Shown here: positions 39,101 through 48,100 of the stretch, one piece after another
Position numbering within the stretch: the first letter of the stretch is position 1
Layout: each line of letters starts with the position of its first letter
NCBI GenBank assembly: GCA_040182905.1
Contig: JARQWU010000044.1
Location: 1-50,548, forward strand
Length of the DNA: 50,548 nucleotides
DNA from: Barthelona sp. PAP020
Lineage: Eukaryota
Reading direction: 5' to 3'
The notes under the pieces: generated by a model
Told to the model about the DNA's origin: nothing
Seen by the model: only the letters and a program-made list of their open reading frames with translations
Databases searched by the model: none
Made by a program: the position numbers and the translations under genes

Positions 39101-42100
39101 ACAAAGCACCAAATTGAATATTAAACCAACTATCATAAGAATACATGCGATTGTATGCCATCGAAAAATTACCAGCAACATCAATCTTAATGTTCTCAAA
39201 ATATGGACTTCCATAAATTTCGATGAATTTATTTGTGGGAATACTGACAGTACAACGCTCACTACTGGTACCTTTAAGCAAACCATTTTGGAAATTAAAA
39301 TAATTGTCAATAGTCAACACTTTATCTTCCGAAACAGTAAGTACAGCGGCAGTAGCAAGAACGTCCAAAATATCAACAGTTGCTAAACTTTGAACATTCA
39401 TTTGATAATACAATTTGACATGTGGACGAACATTGTAATCTTCTAAAATATTCAATTCACCATACACTTCCAATAAAGCATCAATATTGGTCCATGTTTC
39501 AGAATACAAATCAAGAACACCAGTGGAATAAACTCGAACATTGATATCTTCTTTAATTTGTCCCTTGAAAGAAGAAGCAGACTTCATGTATAACCAACCA
39601 GTTCCTTTAACAATTGAGGAAGAACTGAAGATAACATCACCACTTGTAAATGTTACAGCAACACCACCAGAAAATACAACAGTACCATCAAAAACAGCAC
39701 CTTTTCTGAATTCAATAGTGTCAAAAACATTCAATGTTGCACCAGATGCTAAAAAGAATGGAATTTCAAAAATAGTTGGATTAGCAACAGCTAATGTACC
39801 ATAGACATTAAATGTTGACACAATAATGTATGGATCTGATGATGTAACCCTTAAAGTACTGGTAAAAGTATAAGTTTCTCCAAGGGGAACAATCATAGTG
39901 GATTCAAAGAATGAAACAACAGATGCAGTAATGAAACCAGAATTCAAATAAAGAGTAGAATTGCGGAAATTAGCATTGTTTGATATGGTTGTACCTGTCA
40001 AACTCAATTGAGAATTTTCAATTTCACCGCCTTTGATATCACCGGTAGTTAAAGACAAACCAGAAGTACCTTGAATTAAACCACCTTCAAAAATAAAATC
40101 TCCGTCTAATTGATTAATATCAGCTGTACCAGTGAATATATTACCACTTTTGAAAGAAAATGTTTCCAAAGAACTGAAACTGTAACCAGAAAACAAATAT
40201 AATTCTGAAGTACTTGTCATTTGGAAAACACCAACACCAGTGATCAAATTGTACAATTGAATTGAACCACTTGAGAAGTATATGTTAGAATCAATATCAA
40301 TAACACCATCAACTCTCAAAGAATTAACCATTTGAATATAAAAGCTGTTGTATACATATAAATATCCTGAACTTGCAATACTACCTCTGTTATAAAGATA
40401 GGTAGAACCTTCAGAATTGTTAAACATGGCACTTGATTCAATTTTTAAATCCCAACTTATTTTTAAAGAACTAGACAAATACTTAAATACTGAACCTTGA
40501 ATATCAAACACACATGTATCAGTAGAATCCGAAAAGACAATTGAACCGTTGAGATGTAATGTGCCTGTTGATTGAACAACCAATTTGGCATCATTTTTAC
40601 CAATAATTTCAACATTAGTCATGATAAGACCTTCATCACTGATCAAAAGATTGAATGAATCCAAAATAATTTGCAAATTGTCTTCAATTGTGAACTTCGG
40701 TGATGTCAAATAACCAGTATCAACAAAACTGGCACCATTTGAAATAATTAATTGGTCAGTAACAGTAAAAACACCTTTTCCCATTAATTCTCCATTACTA
40801 AACGATAATTTTTCAACAACAATATCATAACAATGATAATGTATGGAACCACCACTGATAGTAAGATGTGAATCAACAGGAGGGAAAGAACGCAAATCAA
40901 GTGTACCAGAATTAACATATGTGACAGGTCCGAATCCAACAATAGTTGCAGTTTCCTCAAACAAAACAAAACCTCCATCCTGAATAAATTGACCTGAAAT
41001 ATAATTAATGTCAGTCACATTCATAAAATAGACAGAAGCTCCTTTACAATGAGTTAAACCTTTTGAATTATAGTTACCAGTGATAAATCTCTGAATTCCT
41101 TCATAATAGTATGCTCTGCCTTGAGTTTCAACAACAAAATCAGAATAAGACCAAAAATCTTCATAGAAAGATAAAATACCTCTGGTGATATTCATCCATT
41201 TGTTGTTGACAATCTGAATTGCAACTTCAAATTCTATATTGATGAGATCATTGTGAATAATAAACTCACCATCATTATTAATTTGAGATGGAATTCCAGA
41301 TGCATGTTCTATTCTTGAATTTGCAGCAAGAGCAATGGTTGTTTTACAGGTTTCAGTTAATTCTAATGTAAAGGCATCAGTAGTAATCACATGTCCTTCA
41401 ATATAATTAAACTCTTCACTGACAAATATTGTTCTTTCAGAAAAATTCTTTATAGCACTGGTTGTGAAAGTCATATTGTCAACATGGATAACACCAGAAC
41501 CAATGAAAGATCCACTTTCAAAAAGTAATCCTTCCTTAATATCAATAAAACCATCACCACCAACAACACCAGTTCCATTAACAATAATACCCATATCAAT
41601 GGATGTAACATTGTTGAAAACATGGGTACCACCAGAAACAAAAATAGGATTCACAAATGTAACAGAATTAGCAAATAAAGAACCTCCACCTTGCATACTA
41701 ATATCATCAGAGAACAATACTACAGGTCTACAAACCAAAGTACCCCCCAAAATGGTAACAGTAGTAGCGAATTCAAACATATCATCACCAGTTAATTCCA
41801 ACGAAGATGTTGTGCCGTCGACAAAAATATCTCCAACTTGGAAAACAACATCATCTTGGATTTCAACCGTAGCACTACCATTGACAATCATTTTTGAAGT
41901 TCCTTCCATATACAAGGCAGAACCGGCATTCATGATAACAGAACCACTTGTGGACATAACATTACCTTCACCAGTAACATTGCAACGATCGGACATGGTG
42001 AAACCAACACCACCACCCAAATCTATTGAAGCTGATAAAGCAACTGAAAAGTTACCAACACACCAACCACCACCATCAAGCTCAAGAATACCATCTTGAA

Positions 42101-45100
42101 CATCAGTAATACCTTCAGTATGATAATACCATTCCAAGGTAGTTGTCGTTGCGCCCAATTTCAAAACTGAATTGGTGTTGGTTAATTCAGGTCTAATACC
42201 ATCATCATTCCAAAATTTCATGGTACCACCTGGATTAAATGTCAACGTACCATTAGCTATGTTGATAACAGCTGCTTGATTTCCATAAACATCACCTTCC
42301 ACATATTGAAGATCACCATTTACAGAAATTGCACGTTCACTAATAAATTTATCATCAGGTCCTAAAATATATGAATCAGTGGCCAAAGAAAGGTAATTGC
42401 CACCAGCAATTGTACCACCATACCAATAAAATTCTCCTTCTACTGAAGTAGAACCATCACCAGTAAATGTACCACCACTGATGTTCAATTTCAAAGTAAT
42501 AGTTGTGGCAGCTTCTAATTGACTCAAACCAGAAAGAATTGTAAAAGTATCCAAAACATCAACATCAGAGTCGGAAACAAAGTCACCACCATCAACTAAA
42601 ATATTATTTGCAATACATGGATAACCATGGAAATTACACATACCACCAGAAACATTTAGCAAAATACCAATGTTAGTCAATTGCAAACCTGGTTCAAAAT
42701 AGGCGTCACCACCTTCTATCACAGTATAACCACTGACATTATATCCACAGGTAAAATGTACAGACGCGCCAGAAGAAACCAACAAAGTACCCTCACCAAA
42801 AATAGTGGCAGCAGGGTAGAACTTTTGAAGAGGTCCTGATAAGACAAACTCAGCACCAGCAGAAATGTTAACAACACCATAAGCATCAATACCTTGGAGT
42901 AAAACAATTCTACCTTCTTCAACATTGATAGTACCAGAATGTGAAAAGAAAACTTCAAACTCAGCTTGACCAGAAGATTTCTTGACAATTTTACCTGCAT
43001 TTTCGATAGAAGCCAAATCACCAACATTGTCATAAAGCATGGAACCACCAGGTTGTAAAATCAATGAGGATTCACCCAAATTCTTAAACAATGATCCTTG
43101 ACGTGCAATAATATCACCACCATGCCAACGACATTCCTTATTGTTGAAAAATTCTTTAATTTCCAAGTACTTATCAACGGCACCGGGATAAATATCAACA
43201 GAACCATCAGTCAAAATACGACCAATACCTTGAAGACTACCACCATACCAAGAGAATAAACCACCAACAGAAACCTGAGAATTGTCAATAACTTGACCAG
43301 CAAACAAATCGAAAACACCAACAATTGAAAGAGAACGAAGAATCGTAAATTCAATACCAGGTGTATTGAGGAAAAGATTATTGATAGTAATCAAAGCATT
43401 AAAAGTTATGGAACCATCATAAGCAGTGACATTTGTAAATTCAAAATCACATCGATTGATGGTTAAATTACCTGAATTGAAAATAACGTTTTCACCAGGA
43501 TTCAGCATGCTTACAGTTGATTCAATCAATACAACTGAATTGGTAATAGTTGTCATCAATGTTGAATTGAAAGAAGTATATTCAAAAACAGCATCAACAT
43601 CTGTGAAATTCAAATAACCAATAACCAATAATTCAGAACCAAAACCAAATGTAGCCTCATTAATGAAGGTCAAGTTGGCATCAATGTAAGATTTAATAGA
43701 GGAGGAACAAGTCAAGAATACATCAAATGTGACATCACCTTCATACAATTCAATAGGTGAATTAGCTGCAAAAGTAATACCGCTGAAATCCAATGAACCA
43801 TTTCCATATTTGTGTAATTGAGAAGATAAAGTTAACTTGGGTATTGTGGCACCACAAGTAATCATTGAAAATTCAACATCACTTTCAACACTGATGTTTA
43901 AGAAAGATGATGGAGTAATCAAAAACTCAGCTGCACAATACAATTGAATATTTGAAGAATTCCAATTGACGTCTCCTTTCAACTCAAAAACAGTGCTATC
44001 AATTCTTAAACCTTCATCAAAAATATTTAACGTATCAAATACAACAAAGGTACCAACACTACTAATGTAAGCATTTCTAAAGTCTGCTTTATAAAGATTA
44101 AAAATACCAGCACCAATAAACTTAACATTATGACCAACCAAAATGTAATCAGAAACAACTAATTTAGTGTTAAGATTGGCATCAAGAATTGAATAACCAG
44201 TATCACCTTCTATGATCATAGTTTTAACTGTGTATGTAATTGGACTGCCAGAATCGGTCTTAAATCTATTGGTAGAAGCAGTGATATTCATCAAAGTTAA
44301 GACTTTGAAAGTATTCCAATAAATAACAGTAGAACCTTCCATATAGTATGAATCAACATTAATAACTCCATGGAAATTCACATTTGTACAATCATAGAGA
44401 TACAAATCAGTTTCAATCGTTAAAGTTGACCTAATGTCAATAATAGAACTATGGGCTGTAATTTTAGTAATATTAAATGTTTCTGATGCAGGCAAATATA
44501 ATATTGAATCTGTAAGTTCCAAATATTCACCCATGGAGTTAATTGTAGCATCCTCAATGAAAGTAACGTTACCATTTTCAACAATAACATTGCCTAAAAG
44601 ATTTACCAAAGAACCCTCTTTGAAAATAAAATCTTGATGTTGCAAAACCAAATCACCAACCCCTTTAATATCACTCAAAAATTCAAAGTTAGTGTCGGTG
44701 GAATTTAAAACCAAAGTAGAATTCGCATCAATGTAAATAGAACCAGAGTTAACAAGATAATGTAAATCTGTTTCACCAGTGTTGGGATTTAAATTGAATA
44801 AACCTCCCAAATTAATGGTTAAAAGTACAGGTAATTCCATGTCATTTGTGGCATTCTTATACAAATTACCTTTGTTGACCAAAAGCAAATTGTAGCCGTT
44901 TGTGGTAAAGAAATTAGTTTGAGTATCCATTATGATGTGGAAAGATGCATCAGCACCAATAGTCCAAGTAGCGGTTCTCAAAAGCTCCAATTTAGCCACA
45001 TTGATCAAATATACATTACTAACAAATTTAAGAGTAACATCAAATTGTAATGTCTCAATAGTATCAATAAAGAACTCATCAACAACCAACAAAGCACCAT

Positions 45101-48100
45101 TTAATTCAGATTTAACCTTACCATTCACAAAATAGTAATTGTAAACAATTAATTCATTGGATAACAAATATAACAAACCATCATTCATGTATAAATCTTG
45201 AATAGAACCTGAACAATCAACCTTAAAGGTAGACGTAGTAGAATTCAAAGTAACATTGCCACTGACTGCAACTGTTAAATCGCTTCTAAACTCAGAACTG
45301 TCTTTCAGTGTGATATTCCCGATAACACCTTGTTGCAAACGTAGTTTACAAAATTCTAACACAGCTTCATCAACAGTTAAAATTGAACCAGCATCTGTTA
45401 ACGAAAAAGTAACACCAGCAGAAGTACCAGTACAGTTAAGATATTTAACATTCAATTCATGATAGGAAATAGAGGCAGTATTTGTAACTTCAACCGAATC
45501 CAAAGTAGCAGTACCAATGAATAAGGTACCTCCAGTTTGGGTAACAGTATTAACAAAGACTTCTCCTTCAACAGTAAAAATACCTTGACTTATGACAATG
45601 TCTGGACCGTAGTAATCATTTGAAACAATGATAGTACCCCCACAAAATTCAATTTCATCAACAACTAAATTAGCATAAACTTTCAAAATACCACCACAAG
45701 AACGAAGTTTATGAATGGTGGCATCTTTTTTCACGGTTAATGTGGAACCCCACATTTCCATTGTATCCTTAACTGTCAAATCATATTGAACATAATGAGA
45801 GCCTGAATTTTTAACAGTCAAATTTTGATGAACTACAACAGATCCAACTGATAATGAACCTCCAAAAACATCAAAATTAGTAACATTTAAGGTGCTATAT
45901 GGATCATGATCCAAAGAAGATGTTTCATTAACCTTAATATAGGAAGCATTGAAAAAACCATTCATTTCAACAAGAGAATTGGACATCAACAATAAATTTC
46001 CGCCATAAGTGTTAATCTTCATGTTATCAGGGAATGTCACATCAGCATCATCAAACATGATGAAATCACCATAGGCATTCACTTGAGAAAGAGTACCGAA
46101 TCTCAAATAAGGATCGACTTCAATAGCCAGTTGGAAGAAATCTAATTTGAGTGTACCAAATATATTGATAACACAACTTGCACATTGAGCAGCACCTTCC
46201 ATAATAAATAAACCTTCATAAATACCAACAGTACCTTCAAAAGTTGAATAACTCGCAAAAACATGTCTAATTGTACCATTACCATATTTTTCCAAAACAG
46301 CTCCAGAACTGAAAGTCATTTCACAACGGTATTCATTATCAAGAATAACTCCAGAATTTCCTGTAACATTATAATGCCATAAAGTACTTGTTCTAACATA
46401 CATTTTAGAAGATAACCAACATTTCACATAATCCTCAGATCTAAACAAAAATTTCGTGTTTGTTTGCATATCTAAATGTCTACCAGCAAGCTCTTTTCCA
46501 CTTGCACTTCCGGTATCATCAGAATGAACATTAAAATTTCCATATAGATAAATTGTTGGCTTAACAATAGCAATATTGTCTCCAAGATCAGGTCTTATAC
46601 CAGAAATTCTTCCAGAATACCAATCAATTTTATCCATAATTCTTACGTTACCTCTACCTCCAAAATCAGAACCTCTTAAAATCAAATGATCAATTTGAAT
46701 GGTTGCATTATTGTCAAATAGAGCATCATTGGACATGTTTAAATAGGCAATAGAAACAACAGAATCAGCAGATATGGAAACAATGGACCTTTCCATTGTA
46801 ATATTTTCAGCAGTTAAAACAGCTGATGTATCAACGAATACACCATAATTTGTTGACCAAACGGTGGCAGATCCCGTATCCGGGAAATACATCAAAGTAA
46901 CTTCAGTTTGTCCAATAATTTCAAACAAACCCTTTTCGTAATACAATTCATCCAGATATAAAATGACAGCTGTAGATTCAGCGACGGTAAAAACAGAAGT
47001 GTCTTCCAATAGTTTAACAGTTCCAAGATTAGTTTGAAAATCAACAACAACTGTTGCATCTTTGATAAGTAAAATTGTATATTGATAGTCATTCAATTCA
47101 AGACAATTAAATGTATAAATACCACCATTAAAGGTCATATAATGGAAAAAAGATCTGGCACCTCCAATATAAGTCCAGCCAATTTCATCAGAAGTAACAT
47201 TAACACCTTTTGCAAATACAATTTGGTCCATATGATCTTCAACAGCTATAAATTTACCTCCATCAATGGTACCAGAACCTCCAAATAATACTTGTTGATC
47301 ACCAGTAACATTGATACTGTGAATATCTAAATATGAAGCTATCTCAATCGAATGATTGGCAATTATATCTAAATGAAAGGCCTCAATGTTTGTTGCTGAA
47401 GTAGATGTTGAACCAAGAACAATACTGGCAAATTCAGCATCAATTATGAAACTACAAGAGGTGTCAATGTCAATCGGATTTGTGTCAAGAGATATGACTT
47501 TATTTGTAGCATCAGCAACATCTGTTGGCTTAATCAAAAAGGTAGTGTATGATATGACCCTGGTGACATCAACAAAAATATGATTGGTATATTGAGGAAT
47601 AATGTTAAAATTGTTCACCAACAAGGAACCAACACCAGTAATCTTACCCCAAGTCATGTTGAAAGTGTCTACATTCAAAGTACTTTCAAGATAAACATAA
47701 CCACCATTTACCAAATTATATTGTCCAACTGTGGCAGAATCAAAAGTAATTTTACCACCATTTTGCTCAACAGTTGTAATCTCAAGTGAAAAAGGGTATT
47801 TAAAAGCCCCAATCGACCACGTTGTCACATTGAGCGTGTCAACTATTAACTTTGAAGTGGAAGAACTAAAGGCAACGCTAGAATCAAGAATTAAATTTCT
47901 AACATGATAGTCAGTGTTATCATCACCAGCAAGAGTAGCAGAAGTAAGACTAGAGGGCAAACCTCTTAATTCTAAGTGACTAATGACATCAAAATCAAAA
48001 ATATCCATTGAAACCATAGCAAATTGGGCTAATTTCAAAGTGCCTTCGGTAATTGAGGAAGTAGTCAACTCAGTATTAAAAAATTTGATAAAACTGAATG

